From Nannocystales bacterium (GTDB lineage Bacteria > Myxococcota_A > Polyangia > Nannocystales > Nannocystaceae), in contig JBOEGF010000022.1 of the NCBI GenBank assembly GCA_050633305.1, forward strand, positions 128,001-192,000: a stretch of 64,000 nucleotides of DNA, given 5' to 3'. The notes beneath the pieces are model-generated. The model saw only the letters and a program-made list of their open reading frames with translations. It did not search any database and had not been told where the DNA came from. Shown here piece by piece: positions 31,845-41,476 of this stretch (position 1 is the stretch's first letter; each line of letters starts with the position of its first letter). The position numbers and the translations under genes were made by a program.

Positions 31845-34823
31845 ATGACGACCGAATCCAGCCGCCTCGCCGCGCTCATGGCAGAGCAGGCCGAGGCACC
31901 GCGGGACATCGAAGCGCGCGAGCTGCTTGCCGCCGTGCGCCGCAACATGTTTGCGCGAGAGGCCGATTCTCTACGGCTGGGTCGCTATCAGAACCTGACC
32001 CGCCTCGGCGCAGGTGGGATGGGGATCGTGTACCGGGCGCTCGACCCCAAGCTCGACCGGTCGGTGGCGATCAAGGTGCTCCACGCCACGTCCGCGGCCA
32101 GCCACGCCGATGTTCTCCGTGAGGCTCGTCTCCTCGCCCAGGCGCCGCACCTCAACATCGTGACCGTACTCGACGTTGGGGTTGAGGGAACGGAGTCGTT
32201 CATCGCACTGGAGTTGGTGGAGGGTCCAACGCTCCAAGCGTGGTTGACGGAACGTCGACGCCCTTGGACGGCGGTCGTCGATGTCTTGATCGACGCGGGG
32301 CGTGGACTGGCGGCAGCCCACGCGCGGGGCGTCGTTCACCGCGACTTCAAGCCGGCCAACGTATTGATCGGGTCGGACGGACGCGCGCGCGTGAGTGATT
32401 TCGGACTGGCTGTCCAAGTCACGTCACCCGCAACGGCGCCAAACGGGGAGCCTGGCCACGGGCCCGGCCCGACGTCTCGACACGGCGGCACACTGGGGTA
32501 CGCGGCGCCAGAACAACTTCATGGTGCCCCGCATGGCCCCGTCGACACGCGAGCCGACCAGTTTGCGTTTGGTGTGTGCCTGTTCGAAGCGTTGGCTGGT
32601 GAGCGCCCATTCGCGTCGACATCGGTTGCCTCGTACGAAGCCGCCGTTGCCGAGGCGAGCCCCGCGATCGCACAGGTTCGTGCGCCCCGTGCTGTCCGTA
32701 ACGTCATCGTGCGCGCCCTCGCTTGCCGACCGGAGCGGCGGTTCGCGGACATGGATGCGTTGGTGAACGCGCTGGTCAAGGCGCGCCGGTCTCACCGCCT
32801 GGGTCGGCAGCTCACCGCCTGGGTCGGCGGCATGAGCATCGTGGGTGCGACGGGGGTCTTCGCAACCCAAACCGATGTCCGTTGTCCCGCAGGGCGAGAG
32901 GTCCCAGAGTTGTGGGACAGCGCCGCTCGGACGCGCACGAGGGCAAGGTTCGATGCCACGAGTCTTCCGTACGCGGCGGCGAGCTTCGATGCCGCAGATG
33001 GGCATCTGCGGAGCGCCGTACTCGCCTGGACCGCGGAGTATCAGGAGGTCTGCGATGCCGGGTCTGCGACGCTTTCGGAGGCGCATTTTGACGCCCGCCT
33101 TGCATGCCTGCAAACGCGCCGGGCTGGCCTCGTTGCTCTCACCACACTCCTTCAGCGCGCCGACGCGAGCATCGTCGAGCACGCTGTTCAGTCGGCCGCC
33201 TCCTTGGCCACGGTCACGGCTTGCGACGAGGCGGAGCCCGTCCCCACCACGGGAACCCAACGTCAAACGCGGGCCGAACTTGCCCGTCAGGTGGCCGCGG
33301 CGCGGGTGCTGATCACTGCAGGTGCCTACGATGATGCAGACCAAGCGCTCGGCGTCGTGCCCAGCGATGCAGACGAAACGGTACACGGCCGGGTGCTTGC
33401 GGAACATGCGGCGGCGCGAGGACAGCTCGAAAAAATGCGCGGGGCGTACCCCGAAGCGGCGGGGCACCTCGCGCGCGCGTATCACCTGGCCACGGCGGTC
33501 GCGTACGACCGGTGTGCCGCTCTCGCGGCCGCCGAGTTGGCGATGGTCATCGGTGCCGAACAGGGGCAGCTCGAGGAAGCCGACCGCTGGCGAAGACACG
33601 CCGAGGCTGCGCTCGAGCGGTGGGGTGGCACGGGTGTTGATTCCGCGGCCGTGCACACGTCATTGGCTGCATTGGCGCGCGCGCGCAGTGACCTTGATGG
33701 CGCTGAGGGGAGCCTGCGCCACGCAGCGGCGCTGCTCGTGTCCGCGCACAGAGCGGAGGGCAACCGGATGGCCAATGTGCTGACGACGTTGGGCGCCGTC
33801 TTGCACGACGCAGGTCGCTACGATGAGGCCTTGGCGAGCTTGAGGCGCGCCCTCATGTTGTTGGAGCAGACGTTCGGCAGCGAGCACCCAGGCCTGCTCG
33901 GCACCCTGCAAGACCTCGGCGCATCGCTGCACGCACGCGGTGACTTCGCCGAATCCGTGGCTGTCAACGAGCGTGCCCTACGCCTCGCGCAAGAGACGTT
34001 GGGTCCCGACCACGTCCGCGTCGGGGGCTTCGAGAACACGCTCGGCAATGTCGCGATGGCCCAGCATGATGACGCGACAGCGCGTCCTCACTACGAGCGT
34101 GCGCTTGAGATTTTTCGGGCGGAGCTGGGGCCCGACAATCCGAGGACGATGACACCCCTGGTCAACCTGGGCTCCATCCATGCACGCACTGGCCGGTACG
34201 ATCTCGAGCAGGAGTACGTCACGCGCGCGCTCGAGGTGGTTCGGACCTCCAAGGGGGCCGACGCTCCAGCGGTGGGGCAACTGCTGGTCAACCTCGGTCG
34301 CAGTCACCAGCAGCAGGGCGATGGCATCGGTGCACGGGAGCACTACGAAGAGGCGTTGTTGATCTTCGAACGAAGGCTCGGCGCCAACCACCCGTACGTC
34401 GCGGTGGTTCTGGTGAACCTTGCGACCCTCGCCATCGATGCGGGCGACGCTCAGACCGCGTGGCCGAAGCTTGCGCGTGCCCTCCAGATCCGAGAAACGG
34501 CCTTGGGCGTCGAACACCCCGCCGTCGCCTCCACGCTCCTCACCTATGGGGTTGCGCTGACGCATGTCGGGCGTTTCGAGGAGGCCGATGCCCACCTGCG
34601 TCGCGCGCTACGGATGCACCATCGCCTCGGCCACCCGCCGTCACGCGTCGCCAAGGTGGAGCTCGCTCTCGCAGATGTCCAATGGGAAGGCGGCGACCGT
34701 GTTTTGGCCCGAACGACCGCCAAGACTGCACGGCTGCGCTGCGTTGGTACCGACAGCGTGACGCTCGCTGTGCACGCGGAGATCGTCGCTTGGACCCAGA
34801 CGCACCCAGCTTCGCGGCCTTGA
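31845..34823 (+). CDS. Ser/Thr protein kinase with C-terminal TPR array
   Basis: GAGGMG, HRDFKPAN, DFG and APE motifs; TM segment; repeated LGxxHP TPR units. Confidence 0.93.
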   Translation: MTTESSRLAALMAEQAEAPRDIEARELLAAVRRNMFAREADSLRLGRYQNLTRLGAGGMGIVYRALDPKLDRSVAIKVLHATSAASHADVLREARLLAQAPHLNIVTVLDVGVEGTESFIALELVEGPTLQAWLTERRRPWTAVVDVLIDAGRGLAAAHARGVVHRDFKPANVLIGSDGRARVSDFGLAVQVTSPATAPNGEPGHGPGPTSRHGGTLGYAAPEQLHGAPHGPVDTRADQFAFGVCLFEALAGERPFASTSVASYEAAVAEASPAIAQVRAPRAVRNVIVRALACRPERRFADMDALVNALVKARRSHRLGRQLTAWVGGMSIVGATGVFATQTDVRCPAGREVPELWDSAARTRTRARFDATSLPYAAASFDAADGHLRSAVLAWTAEYQEVCDAGSATLSEAHFDARLACLQTRRAGLVALTTLLQRADASIVEHAVQSAASLATVTACDEAEPVPTTGTQRQTRAELARQVAAARVLITAGAYDDADQALGVVPSDADETVHGRVLAEHAAARGQLEKMRGAYPEAAGHLARAYHLATAVAYDRCAALAAAELAMVIGAEQGQLEEADRWRRHAEAALERWGGTGVDSAAVHTSLAALARARSDLDGAEGSLRHAAALLVSAHRAEGNRMANVLTTLGAVLHDAGRYDEALASLRRALMLLEQTFGSEHPGLLGTLQDLGASLHARGDFAESVAVNERALRLAQETLGPDHVRVGGFENTLGNVAMAQHDDATARPHYERALEIFRAELGPDNPRTMTPLVNLGSIHARTGRYDLEQEYVTRALEVVRTSKGADAPAVGQLLVNLGRSHQQQGDGIGAREHYEEALLIFERRLGANHPYVAVVLVNLATLAIDAGDAQTAWPKLARALQIRETALGVEHPAVASTLLTYGVALTHVGRFEEADAHLRRALRMHHRLGHPPSRVAKVELALADVQWEGGDRVLARTTAKTARLRCVGTDSVTLAVHAEIVAWTQTHPASRP

Positions 34824-34854
34824 CCGGCGTCTCGCCCCGCGGCAGGGTATCGAC

Positions 34855-35403
34855 GTGTCCGATCCGCAACTGGCCCCATCGGACCTGCAGTTGCTGGACC
34901 GGTGGCGCATGGGCGACGACGGTGCGGGCGATGCCCTCCTCGGGCGGCATTTCGACTCGCTGTGCCGCTTCTTTCGCAACAAGGTGGAGGCAGGGGTCGA
35001 CGACCTGGTGCAGACGACCATGCTTCGCTGTGTCGAAAAGCGCGACCAGTTCCGTCGGCACTCGAGCTTCCGCACCTACCTATTCGTCATCGCGCGGAAC
35101 CTGTTGTACGACCGCCTCCGGAGTCAGCATCGCGCACCACAGCAGCTCGACTTCTCCGCGGTCTCGTTGCGCGACCTCGGCACGTCACCGAGCAAGGGCG
35201 TGGCCCGCAACGAACGCAAGCGAGCGCTCATGGTGGCCCTGCAAACCTTGCCGCTGGAGTTCCAGATCGTGGTGGAACTGACCTACTGGGAGGGGCTCAA
35301 CGCCACGGAGGTGGGCGAGGTCTTGGGCATTCCCGGGAACACCGTGCGCAGTCGTTTGTCGCGCGCCCGCAAGTCGCTCGACGCTCACCTCCAAGACCTG
35401 TGA
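34855..35403 (+). CDS. ECF RNA polymerase sigma factor
   Basis: DDLVQTT, SSFRTYLFVIARN, and YWEGL...EVGEVLGIPGNTVRSRLSRAR motifs. Confidence 0.92.
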   Translation: MSDPQLAPSDLQLLDRWRMGDDGAGDALLGRHFDSLCRFFRNKVEAGVDDLVQTTMLRCVEKRDQFRRHSSFRTYLFVIARNLLYDRLRSQHRAPQQLDFSAVSLRDLGTSPSKGVARNERKRALMVALQTLPLEFQIVVELTYWEGLNATEVGEVLGIPGNTVRSRLSRARKSLDAHLQDL

Positions 35404-35412
35404 GGGTGCCCC

Positions 35413-35970
35413 TCAGGACTCCGCTGGTGGGCCTGACGCGGCCCGTTGGTCGAGTTGGTGCACACGGTCGCAGCTCTTCGTCCGGCCCGACTGGCATGAA
35501 GCGACAAGCTCTCCACGGCTGACGTACCCGAGATCGTCAACCCCGACGACCGCGCCGTTCCAAAACCGCACGCGAGTGTCCCGGACCCCGGAAAACGTAC
35601 GGGTGCTGTGACTCCCGCCTCGGTCGAAGGACGTCTGCGTTCCATACGCGACCTCCTCGAAGATCCACTGGGCGTCTCCGCGCTCGGGAGTCGATGGCGT
35701 GATGGTCTCGCGGGAAACGGGACTGCCAAGGCTCGCTCGCACCTGCTCCCCTTGCATCCCTTCTGTGAGCTTGCCTGCAAGGATCGCCTCGCGCACTGCG
35801 GTGTCGGCCTCCGGATGCGCGTCGACGTAGCGCTGCCGCCTTTGCTCCGGGGTCGGCGGTGCGGTTGACGTCGCTCGATCCCCGCCCAACGTCTTGCTGA
35901 TCCAAGCACACCCCGCGGGAGCGGCAACGAGAGGGAACATGAGTACAAGCAAGAGGCGTATCGGTCGCAT
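35413..35970 (-). CDS. Hypothetical lipoprotein
   Basis: MRPIRLLLVL...PAGC lipobox; GMxxEQVRASLGSP (BamE-like) motif. Confidence 0.65.
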   Translation of the reverse strand: MRPIRLLLVLMFPLVAAPAGCAWISKTLGGDRATSTAPPTPEQRRQRYVDAHPEADTAVREAILAGKLTEGMQGEQVRASLGSPVSRETITPSTPERGDAQWIFEEVAYGTQTSFDRGGSHSTRTFSGVRDTRVRFWNGAVVGVDDLGYVSRGELVASCQSGRTKSCDRVHQLDQRAASGPPAES

Positions 35971-36183
35971 GACTTGCTGGTCGTAGACGAACGATGTCGC
36001 CCAGGTGATCCCGAGAAAATGGGCCGAAAAACACAGCGCTCTGCCGTGGGCAGGAGCAAAATGCGGTCGGCCGAGCAACTCTGCGACTGTGGGTCCTTGG
36101 CCAATCGTGGCGGGGGCTTTGGAAAGCTTGCGCTGCGTCGTGGTGAGACCGGCCTGAAGACGCGCGAGCTTCTCAACACCCCG

Positions 36184-38025
36184 TCAGATCCCGTGGGCAG
36201 CATAGATGTTGTTGTGCACGCCATCGTTCTGCGACCAGACGACGATGACGTGATCCTCATCCACCATCGCGACATCTGCCTCGAGGACGTATCCGCCTTC
36301 TTCGAATTCAACGAGCCGCGCGGTCCCCCAAGTCTGGCTGGCGGCGTCATACTGGTTGGCCATCAAGTCGTACCGCGCGCCATCCCATTGTCGCCAAACT
36401 ACAACCGCGCTGCCGTCATCGCCGACGGTGATATCTGGCTCAAATGCGTTGCCCGCGTTTTCGGACTCCAACAGCTCGACCGGTCCCCAGACTTGAGTCA
36501 TGGCATCCCACCGTCGGGCGTACATGTTGTCGTTCCCGTCTTCTTGCGTCCAAGCCGCATGGATGTTGCCAAGAGAGTCTGCACCGAGAGCGGGTGTTGA
36601 CGCATCCCCGGGCTCAGTCTCGAAGAACGCGGCGCCTTCCCACTCTCCGAGGTTGTCGTTGTAGCGGTTGTACAAGGCGTCGGAGGAGACGCTGTCCTGT
36701 CGCCAGACTGTCGTTGCGTTGCCGGCCGGGTCAATCAACACATGGACCGCCCGCGCCGGAGTCGCAGCGTTCTCCAGGCTGGTTTCGGGAAACCAACCAT
36801 TCGCAAGCAGGTTGTAGCGTCGCGCGTAGGCGTTGGTGGCCACGGCCTCTCTCCGAGACCAGCCGACGACTCCGAGCCCGGCGTTCACATCGGCGTGCGG
36901 GTACTGTGCGAAGTCGGACGTGCCACCGACCTCCATGGGGGGGCTCCAAGTGCCGACGCTGGCAAGACGGCGGTTCGCGTAGACGCGGAAGCCCGCGGCC
37001 GTATCCACCTCCCACACCGTAAGTGCGTTCCCCTCGGCATCCCCCGCAAGTTCCGCGTGCACAAGGTTGTCGGCCAGGTTCTCGAGGGCCTGGGCCGTAC
37101 CCCAGCTCTGTGTCCCAGCATCGTAGTGACGGGTAAAGAGGCTGCGGACGCCTCCTGAACTCTCGTCCCAGATCGCGTCAGCATCGCCGCTGTCGCTCAT
37201 CACGATTCGGCCGAGGGAGGCTGGGTTGACGGCACTGTTGTCGAGCTCGATTCGCGGACCCCAGGTCTGTGATGCTTCATTGTAGTGGCGCGCAAAGATG
37301 CTCTGCGCCGGAGGAGTGGCCTGCTGCCAAAGCGCGATGGCGTTCCCGCTGGCGTCCATGGCCACGCGAGCGCCCACGGCGGAGCCGGGTTCGACTTCAA
37401 GTTCCATCGTTGGCCCCCACGGCGCCAGCATGCAAGTGTCGAGGCAGCCGTCAGAGTCGTCCGCGTTCTGGCCGTCGTCGCACTCTTCTCCTGTTTGTAC
37501 AAAACTGTCTCCGCAGGACGGTAACGTGCAGGTGTCGGTGCAGTCGTCGGTGTTGTCGCCATTCTGTCCGTCGTCGCATTGCTCACCGGCTTGAACGAAC
37601 ATGTCCCCGCACGCCGGGAGCAGGCAGGCGTCGGTGCAGTCGTCGGTGTTGTCGCCATCCTGACCGTCGTCGCACTCCTCGTCCGCCTGGACGCTGGCAT
37701 CGCCACAGAACTCAGGCGCCCCGGTCGTTTCGGATCCGGTGCCCGATGTGTCGGTGCCGGTCGACTCAACCCCTGACGTTGCGGACCCAGTGTCGCCTCC
37801 CGGTTCGCCTGTCGAGCCTCCCGATTCGCTTGTCGAGCCTTCCGGTGAGCTGTCCGTCGACGTGGTCGCGTCGTACCCTGACACTCCCGCATCGGTTGTG
37901 GTTCCTCCCGTCCCCGCCGGAGAAGACGGAGCTGTCGCGTCTGCGGTGTCAGAGCATGCCGAGCTCAACGTCAACGCCATGCCAAGCGCGGTACGCAACA
38001 ACCCAAGATCTCTCGTTCCAACCAT
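36184..38025 (-). CDS. Lipoprotein with DUF4215/Myxococcus Cys-rich repeats and a C-terminal beta-propeller-like domain
   Basis: Lipobox SAC; S/T/G linker; three CGD...ECDDG...CTDxC units; repeated GNAxxVW...ARRY...TWG blades. Confidence 0.85.
   Translation of the reverse strand: MVGTRDLGLLRTALGMALTLSSACSDTADATAPSSPAGTGGTTTDAGVSGYDATTSTDSSPEGSTSESGGSTGEPGGDTGSATSGVESTGTDTSGTGSETTGAPEFCGDASVQADEECDDGQDGDNTDDCTDACLLPACGDMFVQAGEQCDDGQNGDNTDDCTDTCTLPSCGDSFVQTGEECDDGQNADDSDGCLDTCMLAPWGPTMELEVEPGSAVGARVAMDASGNAIALWQQATPPAQSIFARHYNEASQTWGPRIELDNSAVNPASLGRIVMSDSGDADAIWDESSGGVRSLFTRHYDAGTQSWGTAQALENLADNLVHAELAGDAEGNALTVWEVDTAAGFRVYANRRLASVGTWSPPMEVGGTSDFAQYPHADVNAGLGVVGWSRREAVATNAYARRYNLLANGWFPETSLENAATPARAVHVLIDPAGNATTVWRQDSVSSDALYNRYNDNLGEWEGAAFFETEPGDASTPALGADSLGNIHAAWTQEDGNDNMYARRWDAMTQVWGPVELLESENAGNAFEPDITVGDDGSAVVVWRQWDGARYDLMANQYDAASQTWGTARLVEFEEGGYVLEADVAMVDEDHVIVVWSQNDGVHNNIYAAHGI
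37425..37707 (-). repeat. Three 96-nt (32-aa) Cys-rich tandem repeats
   Basis: CGDASVQADEECDDGQDGDNTDDCTDAC, CGDMFVQAGEQCDDGQNGDNTDDCTDTC, CGDSFVQTGEECDDGQNADDSDGCLDTC. Confidence 0.85.
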
Positions 38026-38213
38026 GCGGGCCTGGTAGACGTCCCACGGCAACCAAGTGATCCGCAGAAACGGGTGTGGCGCTGGCGTGTTCCCAACGGC
38101 GGAGGTCTATGGCGTCCCGCACGGGTCAACCAGGTCCGCATCATTCCGCCGAGCCGCAGGCCTCGCGCAGGTGGTCGTACCGGGTGGGCACGCGTGGTCT
38201 CAGCCCCTAAGCT

Positions 38214-39350
38214 ATGCAGCCCGTGGGGAAGCCCGACACAACGTCACCGCGACGTGGATCGACGCAGAACCGTCGGGCGGCGTTGGTCGGAGTTGCGGTG
38301 GTGCTGGGGTTCATGGGGGGCCCGCGCGGCCAGGCCATCGCGGCCCCGAGCGCCGCGTCCGTCGAACTCGATTGGGTCGCACCCGGCGCGTGCCCAGCCC
38401 GTGCCCGCGTATTGGAGACGATGCGGGCACGGCTTGGAGATGATCCTGCGGTCGATCCCGAGATGCCGATCCGGGCGTGGGTGCGCGTCCAACCCTCGGT
38501 GCGTGGTCTCGACGCACAGCTGCGCGTGACCACCCCTGGGGGGCTCACGGAGCGTAGCCTGAGCGCGGACGACTGCGAGACGATCGTCGACGCGGCGGTG
38601 CTGATCGTGGCGATGTCCGCGGTCGCGATGGCGGAGGTGCCGTCCGTCGCGGAGGACCCTGGGCCGCCGTCCTCCGTCGACGAGACGGCACTCGGTCCTG
38701 CCGCTCTCACCTCTGCAGAGCCCGCCGAAGCACCGCTGGAGCCTGCCGAGGCGCGGCGGGAGCCCGCCGACGTGGCGCGGGAGGCCCCGGGCTCCGAGAA
38801 CCCGGTGGAGCGAGCCCCCAAGACGGCGCCGCCACGAAGCTTTGGCGGACAGGTGCGTGCCGGGGGCGGTGTCGGGCTGGGCGGCATCACCGCGGTCGCG
38901 GGCAACCTCAGCGCCGGGGGAGGGGTGAGCTGGAGCCGGTGGCAGTTCGACGCCGTCGGCCGCTTGTGGTTCTCCCAGCGGCTCGCGTTGCCGCAACAGG
39001 AGGATCTGGGAGCCGATGTTCGGCTCTGGTCGCTCGGACCCCGTGGCGGGCCTGTTCTGCGCTGGAGACGGTTCGAGTTTCCCGTTCAGCTCGGACTGGA
39101 CGTCGGACGTGCGCGGGCCCGGGGGTATGGCCTGAGCACGCCGCGCACGGCGGCCCGGACCTGGCTGAGCGTGGGCGTGTTCCCGGCGGCCGTCTGGAGC
39201 GTGACGCGGCACCTGGGGCTCGGCCTGGGCGCCGAGATGAGCGCGGTCCTGCTTCGCCCGCGATTTGCGATCTCCGACGCAGGGCTGTTGCCCCGTGTCG
39301 GCGGGCTCCTCGGTGGATTCTCTGCGCGAATTCAGGTTCGATTTCCGTGA
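38214..39350 (+). CDS. Secreted hypothetical protein of the myxobacterial ECF-associated type
   Basis: WVAPGACP...ERSLSADDC N-terminal domain, Pro linker, beta-strand-rich C-terminus; start uncertain. Confidence 0.75.
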   Translation: MQPVGKPDTTSPRRGSTQNRRAALVGVAVVLGFMGGPRGQAIAAPSAASVELDWVAPGACPARARVLETMRARLGDDPAVDPEMPIRAWVRVQPSVRGLDAQLRVTTPGGLTERSLSADDCETIVDAAVLIVAMSAVAMAEVPSVAEDPGPPSSVDETALGPAALTSAEPAEAPLEPAEARREPADVAREAPGSENPVERAPKTAPPRSFGGQVRAGGGVGLGGITAVAGNLSAGGGVSWSRWQFDAVGRLWFSQRLALPQQEDLGADVRLWSLGPRGGPVLRWRRFEFPVQLGLDVGRARARGYGLSTPRTAARTWLSVGVFPAAVWSVTRHLGLGLGAEMSAVLLRPRFAISDAGLLPRVGGLLGGFSARIQVRFP

Positions 39351-39390
39351 CGGATTCGGCCCCGAGTCGAGAATAGAGTGCAGACTGCTC

Positions 39391-39930
39391 ATGGCGAGAC
39401 CGCCGGAAGAGCTCGAAACAGCTGAGATCTTTGGCGAACACCACGACTTCGTGTGGCGTTCGCTCGCCCGTCTTGGCGTGCCGCGTGCCGTCATCGACGA
39501 CGCGACCCAAGACGTGTTCATCGTGGTTCACCGCCGCCTCGAGGACTACCGACGCGACATGCCGATGCGCGCATGGCTGTATGGCATCGCTCGGCGGGTC
39601 GCATACCGGTACCGGACGCAGGCTGCGAAGAATCGGCGCGCGTATCCGGCTACGGCGGCCGAGGCCCGCGCCCCCGATGACGCCGTTGCCCTTCAGGAGG
39701 CCGCCGGCATGGTGGCGGCCTTCCTGTCCGAGCTGTCGCCGGCAGCGCGTGAAGTGTTCGTCCTCGCCGAGCTCGAAGGACTCAGCGGACCGGAGATCGC
39801 GGCGGCCCTCGGAGTCAAACTCAATACAGTCTATTCACGACTCCGCCTCGCGCGGCGTCAGTTCGCGCGCGTGGTGAAGCGCTCGCAGGCTCATGCACAA
39901 AGGGAGATGCGTCATGCCTCAACTCGATGA
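39391..39930 (+). CDS. ECF RNA polymerase sigma factor
   Basis: FVWRSLARLG, DDATQDVF, WLYGIARR and NTVYSRLRLAR motifs. Confidence 0.92.
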   Translation: MARPPEELETAEIFGEHHDFVWRSLARLGVPRAVIDDATQDVFIVVHRRLEDYRRDMPMRAWLYGIARRVAYRYRTQAAKNRRAYPATAAEARAPDDAVALQEAAGMVAAFLSELSPAAREVFVLAELEGLSGPEIAAALGVKLNTVYSRLRLARRQFARVVKRSQAHAQREMRHASTR

Positions 39931-40714
39931 GCATGCGCGGGCCCAACTCGAGGCCTACGCAAGCACGGTCCAGCCCTCGGCCGAGCGTCGGCGTCGAAAC
40001 AAAGCGCTCTTGTTGGAGCGCCTCCGGAGTCACGACGACCCGCCCGAAGCGGCGGAGGCTCCCGCAGATCCGGCACCCGTGGCTGTACGTTGGCCGTTGG
40101 TTGCTCTGGCTGCGGCGGCTCTCGTCGCGCTCGCACTGGGCGTTGCGAGCCGCGACCCAGCACATGCTGAACCCTCGACGGCGGCATCTCAGGCTGACGC
40201 CACGCTCGAGGAGGAGGCCGCGCGACCCGCTGCGCAACGGCGATCGCCGCCGACGGAACCCGGCTCGCGTGGAACGAGTGCTGGTGCCACGGCGCAAGCG
40301 GATCCGCGCTCGGATGGGCCAGATGCCGACACGACCCCGCAACCGCAGCCTTCCCCACCATCCCGCGTCGAGAGGCTGCGACCCCCCGCGCCGCCGCGTC
40401 GTGATGCCGCGACAAGCCCCAACCGGCTTGCGGCCGAAGTCGCGTTGATCACCCTGGCTCGAACTCACCTCGCCGAGCGAAAGAACGCCTCGGCCCTGTC
40501 ATCGTTCCAACGCCACGCTCGAGAGTTTCCGAACGGAGCGCTGGCGGAGGAGCGGTCGGCGTGGGTGGCGATTCTTCAATGTCGTCTGGGTCGAGATGGT
40601 GGCCGACAGTCCGCCGCCGCGTTTCTCGTTGCCCATCCCAACTCGCCGCATGTTCGCCGCGTTCGCAAGACTTGCTCAACTACGGTGACGGACGCACCGC
40701 CGACCGAAGAATAG
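39914..40714 (+). CDS. Putative anti-sigma factor with TM and C-terminal TPR-like domain
   Basis: Overlaps the sigma gene; TM segment; LAAEVALI...HAREFPNGALAEER...FLVAHPNSPH motif. Confidence 0.75.
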   Translation: MPQLDEHARAQLEAYASTVQPSAERRRRNKALLLERLRSHDDPPEAAEAPADPAPVAVRWPLVALAAAALVALALGVASRDPAHAEPSTAASQADATLEEEAARPAAQRRSPPTEPGSRGTSAGATAQADPRSDGPDADTTPQPQPSPPSRVERLRPPAPPRRDAATSPNRLAAEVALITLARTHLAERKNASALSSFQRHAREFPNGALAEERSAWVAILQCRLGRDGGRQSAAAFLVAHPNSPHVRRVRKTCSTTVTDAPPTEE

Positions 40715-40723
40715 AGGGGCACG

Positions 40724-41314
40724 ATGACGGTTTCATCCCACCCACTGAAGAGCCTGTTCCTGGTGTCCGCCCTGTTCGGCGTCGCGTGCGACACCCCGCC
40801 GGGCGACGTCGGAGAGTCCGCCAACGACACCGCAGCGTCGGAGGGCATGCCGACCACGGCAGGCTCCGAGGGCAGTTCGTCCGGGGGCAACGGCATGCCG
40901 ACCACGGCCGACCCCGGAGGTTCCAGCACCTCGGGGACTGGCGACGCGTCGGTCACCGACGGTATGCCGACGACGGCCGATCCTGGAACCTCGGGCACCT
41001 CCGCGACGAGCGGAGGGACGGACTCCGTAGGCATGCCCACGACGGCGACGACCGACGTGGGGAGCACAGGAGAGGACGACTCCGACTCCGGGGAAAGCCC
41101 GGTCGACGACTGCTCCGAGTGCGGTCCTGGGGATGTCTGCGTGCGCCACGTGGCGCTCACCGCCGAGACGTTCTGCGTTCCGATGCCCGACGCCTGCGGG
41201 GACGGCCTCGACTGCGAGTGCGGTGCGGCGACGTTGTGCAACGAGCTGTACGACACATGCATCGAGCCGACCGAACCGAATCAGCTCGACTGCGAGTGCT
41301 CGGTCTGTGCTTGA
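40724..41314 (+). CDS. Lipoprotein with GMPTTA repeats and Cys-rich C-terminus
   Basis: GAGGGG RBS; lipobox VAC; four GMPTTA units; Cys-dense tail. Confidence 0.8.
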   Translation: MTVSSHPLKSLFLVSALFGVACDTPPGDVGESANDTAASEGMPTTAGSEGSSSGGNGMPTTADPGGSSTSGTGDASVTDGMPTTADPGTSGTSATSGGTDSVGMPTTATTDVGSTGEDDSDSGESPVDDCSECGPGDVCVRHVALTAETFCVPMPDACGDGLDCECGAATLCNELYDTCIEPTEPNQLDCECSVCA

Positions 41315-41476
41315 GGCTCGACCGACGAGCGAGCCCTGACAAGGTCCGCTCCGTTGGTCGGACGCGGTGTCCTTCGCGGATACAGCGGACTCTCGGGATG
41401 TCGCTCCGCGGTGGACCTCCGAGCTTCGGGAACAGCGTCTGGCGCCATGAAATGCCGAACTGATAGGCTCCGATCA

